From IMG/VR virus record IMGVR_UViG_3300022602_000041: DNA of 59,579 nt; one strand, 5' to 3'. The translations under genes were made by a program, and so were the position numbers. Positions 1 through 7,880 of the stretch are shown here, one piece after another. How positions within the stretch are numbered: the stretch's first letter is position 1; each line of letters opens with the position of its first letter. This DNA comes from an uncultured virus (IMG/VR IMGVR_UViG_3300022602_000041) (Duplodnaviria > Heunggongvirae > Uroviricota > Caudoviricetes). The notes beneath the pieces are model-generated. The model was not told the origin of the DNA. It worked only from the letters and a program-made list of their open reading frames with translations, and did no database searches.

Positions 1-2229
1 TTTTTTCAGGGCAGTTTGTACAGCTAATATTTTATCATCTGATGATTTTTGTTGAGTAGTTAAGAAAGAAGCATTCATAGCTTCTAATTGATCCATAGCT
101 GCCTTAGCTCCTCTAGATGCTCTAGAAGTTGTACTAGCTTCTTGAGTCGTAGCTATGTTAGCAAGAGAATCTCCTTGCTTCTTAATTTCTGTAGTTCTAC
201 TTTCCGCAGTATTTTTATCAGCGGCTTTTAATGCATCAGCTTGTTTGATTAATTCTGCAATGCGTTCTCTAGCACTGGTATCACCGAGTGATTGCATTTT
301 ATCGCTGTGTTCATCAAATGTTTCTCTTAATCGTATATTACCTGAGTCAGATATTTTAATCTGTGTATCAAAAGATCCTTCGCCGTGCTCTTTTATAATT
401 TGAAGAGCTTCTTTTGCTTTAGCAACCAATGCCGAAGTATCTGTAGCTTCTCCGCCAGATGCTCCACCTTTATTACCAATCATACTGTTTAATCGATCTA
501 AAGGAATAACTGCTTCTGCTTGCCCTGCTTCACCTATTGTAGCATCAGTGCCACCAGGTTTAGGTTCAACAACACCTCCTTCAGCTAAGTTTTGTCTTCC
601 GCCACGAGTAACAGGAGATCCACTTGACTCTGGTTCAGCACTTTCTCCACGTCCGCCATGCGTAATAATTGGTGCTTGTGGTGTAGGACTCGATCCTGTA
701 GCTGTTTGTGTATCTTTTACAGCTTTGCTTACTATATCAACTACCTTAGATATCTGGTCTCCAAAATCTTTTGTTGCCGTATCAAATGGTTTTTGTTTAC
801 CTATTACTGTATCTAATAGTTTATTAAGCGGATCTAATACTGCTGGCATTTTGGCAATACGTGTGTCTAGCCCGTTAAGTGCGGCAGCCATTGCTGAAGC
901 CGATTGTGATAATCGTTGTTGAGCTTCAGTTACTGCTCGTTGGGAACTTTGTCCGGCATCTTTACCAATATCTCCAGTTGTTTCGTCTCTTTTTAATCCT
1001 TGTAATCTTAAATCACTTTCTTTTTTCTGAGCTTCTTGTACTGCACCTGGTTCTCTGGTTCCTAATTGTCGTTCCCCTGCACGTATTCTACTACTTTCAG
1101 TATCTTCACTACGTACTTGTCTAAACTTTGCCGCAATCTCAGGTGTGGCATTTTGCATTACATTAGTATATTGTTTACTACCTTGGTATTCAGCAGCCTT
1201 AGCTTCGGCTAGTTTTAATGCTTGAGCCGCTTGTGCTTTTTGATCATCTGTCTGTGCCATTGCGGTCATTCGCATAGCACGTTGCATATCACCAGCGGCC
1301 GGCCCTAATGTCATCATAGTTTTGATATCATCTGGATTTAATTTTGCACCAGTTGCTAATTTTGCACTAAGATCTGCCATAGTTGAACCATGAGCGGCCA
1401 TTTTTGCTTGACCTTCAATGAATGATTCTCGTTGTTTTTCACTCATCTGCTCCATAGCGCCCATGATTTCAGGTTGTTTTAATCTTTCTGCTAACTCAGC
1501 TTCAATAGCATCTCTTGATCTACCTGTTGCTTGCGATACATCATATATTGTTTTTGCTAATTTTTTACTAGATTCAGCCGCTTCAGACTGTGCCGCTTGA
1601 CTTTCTAACTCTTTAGTGCGACCATACTGAGCTAAAATAGCTACTTTAGCTAGTTCATCTGACGCCATCATGCCTGATTTAACTAAACTTTTGTTACCAT
1701 CGGCAGCATCAGATGCTTGAACATTTTTTCCTAAAGTCAGTAATGCTTCTGATCCGCCTTGGGCAGTCATATTAAAACCACTTAATGCATTACCTGACTC
1801 TTTTAATTTGTTTCTATAATCTTCGGTTGTCATTTCTAACAATCGAGTTTTAGCATTCAAATCAAACATGCTATTGCCACCGATACCTGCGGCATTATTT
1901 TTTATAGTATCACGCTGTGCATCACCTAAAGTGGTTATAAAACTGGAAAGTTTATCTCCTACTAGCGGAATCATTCCTGCTAGTCTTCCCAAAGATCCAG
2001 ATACTTCGTTTCCCGGTTTAGGAATACCTAATAAGGCAGTTGATGCATTTAAAACATTTCCAGCAAATGTTTTTAAATCTGCTTCATTAAAAGGAAGTTT
2101 ACTGGATCCGCCACTAGATCCACCGCCGATAGTTCCACCGCCTAACGCTTCTTTAATACCATCGCGAACGGCGGCTTTCATCCCGTCTAGTGCGTCTTTA
2201 CCTAAACTATCAAGTACATTATCAGCCAT
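1..2229 (-). CDS. Tail tape-measure-like protein (3' end runs off the window)
   Basis: Not in the ORF track. ATG at 2229 opens a frame that stays open to base 1 (MADNVLDSLGKDALDGMKAAVRDG...). Ala/Gln/Lys-rich helical composition and the tape-measure motif LAEGGVVEPKPGGTDATIGEAGQAEAVIPL (~500-590). ATAAATA promoter upstream. Confidence 0.8.
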   Translation of the reverse strand, partial: MADNVLDSLGKDALDGMKAAVRDGIKEALGGGTIGGGSSGGSSKLPFNEADLKTFAGNVLNASTALLGIPKPGNEVSGSLGRLAGMIPLVGDKLSSFITTLGDAQRDTIKNNAAGIGGNSMFDLNAKTRLLEMTTEDYRNKLKESGNALSGFNMTAQGGSEALLTLGKNVQASDAADGNKSLVKSGMMASDELAKVAILAQYGRTKELESQAAQSEAAESSKKLAKTIYDVSQATGRSRDAIEAELAERLKQPEIMGAMEQMSEKQRESFIEGQAKMAAHGSTMADLSAKLATGAKLNPDDIKTMMTLGPAAGDMQRAMRMTAMAQTDDQKAQAAQALKLAEAKAAEYQGSKQYTNVMQNATPEIAAKFRQVRSEDTESSRIRAGERQLGTREPGAVQEAQKKESDLRLQGLKRDETTGDIGKDAGQSSQRAVTEAQQRLSQSASAMAAALNGLDTRIAKMPAVLDPLNKLLDTVIGKQKPFDTATKDFGDQISKVVDIVSKAVKDTQTATGSSPTPQAPIITHGGRGESAEPESSGSPVTRGGRQNLAEGGVVEPKPGGTDATIGEAGQAEAVIPLDRLNSMIGNKGGASGGEATDTSALVAKAKEALQIIKEHGEGSFDTQIKISDSGNIRLRETFDEHSDKMQSLGDTSARERIAELIKQADALKAADKNTAESRTTEIKKQGDSLANIATTQEASTTSRASRGAKAAMDQLEAMNASFLTTQQKSSDDKILAVQTALKK

Positions 2230-2255
2230 GAACAAAAATCCTTAAAATATGCGTA

Positions 2256-2263
2256 TATAAATA
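2256..2263 (+). promoter_or_regulatory. T4-type late promoter TATAAATA for the gp26-like gene
   Basis: Exact T4 late consensus 30 nt upstream of ATG 2294; a gp55 homologue is encoded in the window. Confidence 0.75.
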
Positions 2264-2275
2264 CTACACATACAA

Positions 2276-2282
2276 TATTTAT
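2276..2282 (-). promoter_or_regulatory. Late promoter ATAAATA for the tape-measure gene
   Basis: GATAAATA on the minus strand ~47 nt upstream of ATG 2229. Confidence 0.65.
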
Positions 2283-2293
2283 CAGGAAAAAAT

Positions 2294-3121
2294 ATGGCTA
2301 TTAATCCTTTACAGCAGTACTTTAGACAACCAAAAATCTACATCAGTTTACCTAGTCAAGGTGTTTATAATGCTCCCGGGACTATTCAAGGCGATGTTAA
2401 CAAAATACCAGTATACGGTATGACTGGTATGGATGAAATTATGGCAAGAACTCCAGATGCATTATTAACTGGAGAAAGTACCGTTAAGATTATCGAAAGT
2501 TGTTGCCCGGCTATTAAAAATGCATGGGATTTAAGCACATTAGACACTGAAGTAATTTTTAGCTCTATACGTATTGCTACGTATGGTAATAAAATGGGAG
2601 TATCTGCTACTTGTAAACATTGTAATACTGAAAATAGCTATGATATTGATTTAGGTTTCATTATAGAGCATTTTAGTAAATGTAAATTCGATAATCAAGT
2701 AATCTTAGATAATTTAATAGTTAAAATACAACCATTAAACTATAAACGTAAATCTGAATTCGCTATGAAGAATTTCCAACTACAGCAAAAATTAGCTCAA
2801 GTAGATTTTTTGGAAAACGAAGATGATAAACGCATTAAAATTGTAGAGCTTTTTAAAGAAATGGGTGAGATTCAAAATGAAATCTATATACAATGCGTTG
2901 AAAGTGTTGAAGCAGATAATAAAGTAGTAACAGAACGCCCATTTATTACCGAATGGTTGTTAAACTGTGACAGAGAAGTGTTTGAAAAAATTAAACAACA
3001 GATTGAAAAAAATCAAAAACAATGGACTGTTCCTGAATTTCCTGCGGTATGTGAAGAATGTAAGAAAGAAATTAGTCTTCGTTTAGATTTAGATCAATCT
3101 AATTTTTTCGAATCAGCCTAA
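2294..3121 (+). CDS. Baseplate hub assembly protein, T4 gp26-like
   Basis: NPLQQYFRQPKIYISLPS start, MTGMDEI, IRIATYG, two CxxC pairs (CKHC, CEEC), C-terminal NFF; adjacent to the tape-measure gene. Confidence 0.7.
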   Translation: MAINPLQQYFRQPKIYISLPSQGVYNAPGTIQGDVNKIPVYGMTGMDEIMARTPDALLTGESTVKIIESCCPAIKNAWDLSTLDTEVIFSSIRIATYGNKMGVSATCKHCNTENSYDIDLGFIIEHFSKCKFDNQVILDNLIVKIQPLNYKRKSEFAMKNFQLQQKLAQVDFLENEDDKRIKIVELFKEMGEIQNEIYIQCVESVEADNKVVTERPFITEWLLNCDREVFEKIKQQIEKNQKQWTVPEFPAVCEECKKEISLRLDLDQSNFFESA

Positions 3122-3342
3122 TTGGGTTAAGCCCTGTTGAAATCCAAGAGGCTCTAATTAGGCTAGACGAAGAAGTAAAACAATTTAAATTGGAATTATA
3201 TAGAATTAGCTGGTATATGCGTGGTGGTGTAACTATTAATGATTTGTTAGATCGCTACAGTTATGAAGATAGAGAAATCTTTTATAAAATAATTTCAGAT
3301 AATATCGAAGCTACTAAAAATTCTCAAATGCCGCTTATTTAA
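3103..3342 (+). CDS. Unannotated ORF in the -1 frame of the gp26-like gene; probable frameshift extension (tentatively gp51-like)
   Basis: Frame opens right after TAA 3100-3102 at the slippery heptamer T_TTT_TTC and reads FFRISLIGLSPVEIQEALIRLDEEVKQFKLELYRISWYMRGGVTINDLLDRYSYEDREIFYKIISDNIEATKNSQMPLI*. It fills the gap exactly and has no good start or RBS near its 5' end. Confidence 0.65.
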   Translation, partial: FFRISLIGLSPVEIQEALIRLDEEVKQFKLELYRISWYMRGGVTINDLLDRYSYEDREIFYKIISDNIEATKNSQMPLI

Positions 3343-3698
3343 AATATCTTTTGTTTTCTAAATATTTGTTGATTTGTCACATCATTAATCCAAAGATCAT
3401 AACCAGGATTATCTGACTGCTCGCCCCAATTAACCCAATTACCGCTAGAAGAAGTTATCGGGCCATTTACTGTTTGAATTTTTCCAGCATTATCTTTATG
3501 CTCGGGTGGAGTTTTATCAGGTGCAATATTTGTAGATGTATTGTCTTTATCTTTTTTAGGTACATCAGGAGTAGATTGTTTTTTATCTTGTTGTGCTTTT
3601 AATTCGGCCTCGCGACGTTTCTTAAACTTTTCCTGCCATTCAGGAGAGTCATAATCTGTGCCTTCTAATAGTTTTAATTTGTCTAGTAAATCTCTCAT
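3339..3698 (-). CDS. Hypothetical protein, possible internal head protein
   Basis: 119 aa; N-terminus MRDLLDKLKLLE ends in an L-x-E motif; tightly coupled to the upstream ORF. Confidence 0.6.
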   Translation of the reverse strand: MRDLLDKLKLLEGTDYDSPEWQEKFKKRREAELKAQQDKKQSTPDVPKKDKDNTSTNIAPDKTPPEHKDNAGKIQTVNGPITSSSGNWVNWGEQSDNPGYDLWINDVTNQQIFRKQKIF

Positions 3699-3701
3699 AT
3701 T

Positions 3702-4880
3702 TTAACCATTAGGATAACGTCGACGGTATTCTGCTTCATCTTCTGGAGTCCACCCTTGTCCAGTATTTGGATCTTTATATGGTTCGTTTCCAGAAGCGGC
3801 TGGTGCGGGTGGATTAGCAGTAGGTTCTGCTTGAGGAGATCCACCGGGTTGACTCGCTGTATTAGTGTTTGGTGTTGCAGTACTTGACGATCTTGTAAAT
3901 TCTTGATAATATCTATCAACTATTTTGCCAGCCCACTCAGTAGCTACACCTAACTTTTCTGCTATGGTGATTATAATATTAGCAGGTAGTTTTAATGCTT
4001 GCATGGTACCTATTAAACCAGTTAGTGTTTCGCCTAAACCTAGTGTCTTTATAAGAAAAGCCACCATCCACTTAGGCACTTCAGCCTGAGGCTCTTCAGT
4101 AAGTAACCTTTTATAAAATAGTCTCACTGCTGGATCAAATGCACCTCCAGCAAGTTGTGTAGGACGAAGCCATTTAAATATTCCACCTAGTAACGGAAAT
4201 CCATCTACAGAAGCTAACTCAAGTGTTTTAACTATTGAGTTGGCTAATATTGTTGCACTATTCTTAGCAAAAGTTTCGTCATCAAGATTTTGTTTAGCTA
4301 AAGAATCCATGTTTTCATAGTATCCTTGCCATACATGTGCATATGCTTCTAATTGTTGTGATGCTAATAACCATTTAAGTCCAGTTGTTATGGTTTTTTT
4401 TCTCAAAAGCCATGTGGCGGCAGTTATAGTAGTACCAACTGCTGTAGTAGTTTTTACGGGATTATTTTTAACTGCATCTACTGTTTTTTGCCCAGGACTT
4501 TTAGCGGCCTCCGCGGCGGCTGCATCTGCTTCTGCTTGTTTTATAGCTTGTTGCTCGCATAAACCAATTCTAGCGTTGTCTTGCACACGTACTCCCTTTT
4601 TAATACCAATACCATTTACAGGATCTTTATGATACCACTCACCTTTAGACTTCCAATAACTTTCGCCAGTAAACCTGCCCAAACCGTCTGGGATATTTAA
4701 TATTGACCCATCTGGCGCTTTACGAACTTCTGGTGGTGTTTTCTTCCACTTGAACCAATCAATTTTTTCACCCCATTTAACAACAGAGTTTTTAATACCT
4801 ACAGCAAAATCTTTAATAGCATCTATCTTACCAGCTTCATTTAGATTAGAACTTTGCTTAATAATTTCGTACACTTTCAT
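3702..4880 (-). CDS. Hypothetical late protein, possible internal/ejected virion protein
   Basis: 392 aa; MKVYEII...LNEA N-terminus; GAGGA RBS and ATAAATA promoter upstream; Pro/Ala-rich tail. Confidence 0.7.
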   Translation of the reverse strand: MKVYEIIKQSSNLNEAGKIDAIKDFAVGIKNSVVKWGEKIDWFKWKKTPPEVRKAPDGSILNIPDGLGRFTGESYWKSKGEWYHKDPVNGIGIKKGVRVQDNARIGLCEQQAIKQAEADAAAAEAAKSPGQKTVDAVKNNPVKTTTAVGTTITAATWLLRKKTITTGLKWLLASQQLEAYAHVWQGYYENMDSLAKQNLDDETFAKNSATILANSIVKTLELASVDGFPLLGGIFKWLRPTQLAGGAFDPAVRLFYKRLLTEEPQAEVPKWMVAFLIKTLGLGETLTGLIGTMQALKLPANIIITIAEKLGVATEWAGKIVDRYYQEFTRSSSTATPNTNTASQPGGSPQAEPTANPPAPAASGNEPYKDPNTGQGWTPEDEAEYRRRYPNG

Positions 4881-4899
4881 ACTTGTATCCTCGATAAGA

Positions 4900-4906
4900 T
4901 ATTTAT
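4900..4906 (-). promoter_or_regulatory. Late promoter ATAAATA
   Basis: GATAAATA about 20 nt upstream of ATG 4880. Confidence 0.65.
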
Positions 4907-4914
4907 CTAGTACT

Positions 4915-5392
4915 AGAAGAAGAACTTACGTTCTTCTGTTCTTCGCTTTCAGCTCGAACTTATTGTTTTCTTTTATTATAAACTGCGAAAGCAGTATTAA
5001 TATTATCCAGATCGTTCAGTCACACTTTGCCCTGGCGGGCAAAGTTTAACAACATTATCCGAGTCGAACAATATCACTTAGCGTTAGCATTACAAGTATT
5101 TCTACTAGCTTAGGCGGTCATCCTGTACCTAATCATGCTGTCTTTATATGACGGCGGGCTTAATACATACGCTAACACATATTAAACCGTGGGGCTACAA
5201 CCCCTCTTTTAGCCTTGAAATTCCCCTTATAGTTCAAACGGATTATAGGCATATTCCATCATCGTCCTGTTAAGGATAGTGAACTACAACTCTGACACCA
5301 AGCAGAACTACCTTACCGTCACACATCAGAACGGATTACGGGCACTAGATCAACGCCTGTGCGGGCTTATTTGGTGTTTTAACGGCCTGATT
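4915..5392 (-). ncRNA. Candidate large structured non-coding RNA (~480 nt), family not identified
   Basis: Only long gene-free interval in the window, GC-richer than its flanks. Contains about 10 hairpins, two long-range helices and a potential 8-bp pseudoknot. G-U pairs and GAAA/GUAA tetraloops favour the minus strand. Confidence 0.6.
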
Positions 5393-5394
5393 TA

Positions 5395-5820
5395 TTAGCT
5401 TTTGAGTATATGTGAACCATGTACACGCACTTGAATATGGCCATTATAATAGTCATTTGATTCTAAAACCTTGCGTGAAAACTGCTCACGAGCCTCTATA
5501 TAACTGCATTCTGCCTTAGATTTACAGTAATAAAGTATTTCTCTAGTAAAGTTTTCTGTACCTAACTGCGTAATATCCTTGGTCAATTCCGGCGATGAAC
5601 CATAATAGTCACGCCAGTCTGAATCAATTTTACTACGGATTTTCTTCTTTTTCTTAGTGCCGTTTTTAAGTTTTACTGTTTTGTAAGTAGTTTTGGAGAA
5701 TTTCGCTAATTTTTTGCCTATGTATTTGCGCCCTGTGATAGTATTTGTTATAAGATAAACAAACCCAACACAATCTTCGGGCAATTCTTCTACGATTTGA
5801 TTTTCATAATACCAGGACAT
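5395..5820 (-). CDS. GIY-YIG endonuclease, T4 endonuclease II (DenA)-like
   Basis: GFVYLITN...KYIGKK, SDWRDYYGSS, NFTREIL, E...YYN; 141 aa with no C-terminal DNA-binding repeats. Confidence 0.8.
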   Translation of the reverse strand: MSWYYENQIVEELPEDCVGFVYLITNTITGRKYIGKKLAKFSKTTYKTVKLKNGTKKKKKIRSKIDSDWRDYYGSSPELTKDITQLGTENFTREILYYCKSKAECSYIEAREQFSRKVLESNDYYNGHIQVRVHGSHILKS

Positions 5821-5832
5821 TAACTATGTATA

Positions 5833-6102
5833 TTATTCGTCCCCGGTACTACCTGCCTTTTGGTTTGCTTTGCGTTCTGCTTTGTTACGATCCAGCCACA
5901 CACGGTATTGCTGTACATGCACTCTACGCTCTTTGGCTATTATTCGTATTTGTGCTAACCAGTAACGCATGTTTTCGCCTGCGATCCTTGTGCCTTTTGC
6001 TTGCCAATCTTGATTTGCCTTAAAATATTCACGAAACGCCGCCATAAGTCGGTCATGCGACTCTTCATTTTGATATGGCGACGGTTCTACATGCTTACTC
6101 AT
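5833..6102 (-). CDS. Small basic helical protein, possibly Hc1/histone-H1-like
   Basis: Pattern F..N..W..KGTRIAG...R..L..IR..AKERR..VQ resembles the Hc1-like helical family; basic. Confidence 0.45.
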   Translation of the reverse strand: MSKHVEPSPYQNEESHDRLMAAFREYFKANQDWQAKGTRIAGENMRYWLAQIRIIAKERRVHVQQYRVWLDRNKAERKANQKAGSTGDE

Positions 6103-7880
6103 TATTCTATAATTTCTAAATCGTTTGCATAAGAAGTATATCCATTTTCCTTAACAACTTTAAGCACATTATTCACACGTCCGATTAGTTCGTCTTTGTG
6201 ACTAATAAGGAAAATATTCTTCTTGCGTTCCCGTCCCATCTTTTTAAGAACAGCTAACGCACCTTCGACTCCTGCAGAATCTAAACCATTGTCAATTAAC
6301 TCGTCAATAAACAATAAATTAATTTGTTGATATAAACTTTCCCATACATCTCTAAATGCCCAAGATAAACTTAAAATAAGTCTGTTACGCTCACCTCGAC
6401 TTAGATTGTCAAAATCTAAATCTTGCCCTAATTGAGTAATGATAACACTTAAATCATTTTGAAAAAGTACAGTATGGGGCAATCCCATCTTATCTAAATA
6501 ATAAGTTAATCGATTATTCAAATATGCTAAGTTTTGATCAATAATCTTTTTACGAATAAAAGAATCTTTGCTAGTTAATAGCTTTAATAAAAACTCTTGA
6601 TGATCTTTTAATGCAGTCAGCTCATTTATATAATCCCAAGAGATTTCTTGCATAGCAGTATCCATTAATTCATCGATCTGCTCTTGATATGGATCACTTT
6701 CATTTACTTTGATAGTCAACTGATTTTCTAAAGTTTTTAAATTATTCTGGTGCTTGAGCGCTTGCTCTAAACTATCATAATAAGTCTTAGGTCGGCCGTT
6801 AATATCACCAATAGCATCAACTTCCTTGATAATTTTTGCTAGATCTTTAGTAACTTTATCAAAATATTTCTTCGCCTCGGCCAAGTGACCTTGAGCAGTA
6901 GCAGTCATTTCTTCATGCTTGTGATCGTGTAGTTCTTGTTCACATGCGTGACAGGTCTTGTTAGCCAGTTTAGCAAGCTCGCCTTCGTATTTTTTGACAC
7001 TTCTCTCTGCTTGAGCAATCGCACTTTCTAGTGTAGCTTTCTCTTTATTCAGGCTTTTCAGCTTGGCTGCCTTTTCATCATACTCTTTTAGATCTGCATG
7101 CTTTGCCAGCTCTGCATCAATATCTACACTTTCTAATTCTACAATAGCTTTACCTATCTTTTCAAGATCAACTTGATGTTGCGTATTCCAAGCCGCTTGT
7201 CTTGTTAGTAAACTATCAATACTAATTTGTATTCTTTCGTTACTTTTCTTAGTAGCTTCGATATTAGCAGTCTCTTGTGTTATTTCATCTTTAGTAATGC
7301 GAATCATTTCTTTTAAAGATTCTGCTTTCTCAGACAATAATGTAATACCCAATAGCTGTTCAATGATAACTCGCTGATCATTAGCCCTCATACTTAAAAA
7401 AGGCTCGGTATAAGTGTTAAGAGCTACAATATGCTTAAACATATCGTGGCTCATTTCTAGTAATTCGTCTAAGTCTTTTTGTGTTTCACGCATCTCACCT
7501 TGAGCTTCATCAGTCTCTTCGGATTCCTGTGCATGATCATTAATATAAAACTGTAGTATGTTAGGTTTACGTCCACGTTCAATACGATAATCATTGCCAT
7601 CTTTTTCAAATGCTAGAGTGACTAACATATTATTTTTATTAATCTTGTTAATAAGATTATCTTTTTTAATATTAGTTAATGCATTTCCAAACAAAGCAAA
7701 ACTTAGTGCATTAGCAATAGTAGTTTTACCTGTACCATTTCTACTGCCGTTATCATCACCGCCTTGATCTAAGTTTTCACCTAGTACAAGTGTTAAGTTT
7801 TCCTGTGCAAAGTTTACAGCTTGGGTTTGATTACCTACACTCATAAAGTTTTTAACTGTTAATTCTTTTAATTTTATCAT
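6102..7880 (-). CDS. gp46: Recombination endonuclease ATPase subunit, gp46/Rad50/SbcC-like
   Basis: KNFMSVGN, Walker A NGTGKTT, coiled coil with zinc hook CHAC, signature LSRGE, Walker B LFIDE, ISH. Confidence 0.93.
   Translation of the reverse strand: MIKLKELTVKNFMSVGNQTQAVNFAQENLTLVLGENLDQGGDDNGSRNGTGKTTIANALSFALFGNALTNIKKDNLINKINKNNMLVTLAFEKDGNDYRIERGRKPNILQFYINDHAQESEETDEAQGEMRETQKDLDELLEMSHDMFKHIVALNTYTEPFLSMRANDQRVIIEQLLGITLLSEKAESLKEMIRITKDEITQETANIEATKKSNERIQISIDSLLTRQAAWNTQHQVDLEKIGKAIVELESVDIDAELAKHADLKEYDEKAAKLKSLNKEKATLESAIAQAERSVKKYEGELAKLANKTCHACEQELHDHKHEEMTATAQGHLAEAKKYFDKVTKDLAKIIKEVDAIGDINGRPKTYYDSLEQALKHQNNLKTLENQLTIKVNESDPYQEQIDELMDTAMQEISWDYINELTALKDHQEFLLKLLTSKDSFIRKKIIDQNLAYLNNRLTYYLDKMGLPHTVLFQNDLSVIITQLGQDLDFDNLSRGERNRLILSLSWAFRDVWESLYQQINLLFIDELIDNGLDSAGVEGALAVLKKMGRERKKNIFLISHKDELIGRVNNVLKVVKENGYTSYANDLEIIE

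Noticed and set aside
155..2245. Plus-strand ORFs in the track (155, 548, 879, 1418, 1868)
   Set aside because: Antisense shadows of the long minus-strand tape-measure frame; no RBS or recognisable motifs.
4750..5049. 99-aa plus-strand ORF entering the structured interval
   Set aside because: Antisense to a real gene, no RBS and implausible composition; it does not explain the interval.
5001..5077. CRISPR or TIGR-like guide array
   Set aside because: Only two imperfect motif copies with no periodic array, and no Cas or Nop-domain gene recognised in the window.
4915..5392. Group I intron, tRNA, tmRNA or RNase P as the identity of the structured interval
   Set aside because: Flanking genes are complete with their own stop, promoter and RBS, so there is no interrupted exon. 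I could not find a cloverleaf or T-loop, a CCA end or RNase P P4 motifs. A cmscan is still needed.
5395..5820. Mobile homing endonuclease (Seg-type)
   Set aside because: Too short and lacks C-terminal NUMOD/HTH DNA-binding modules; the motifs fit EndoII better.
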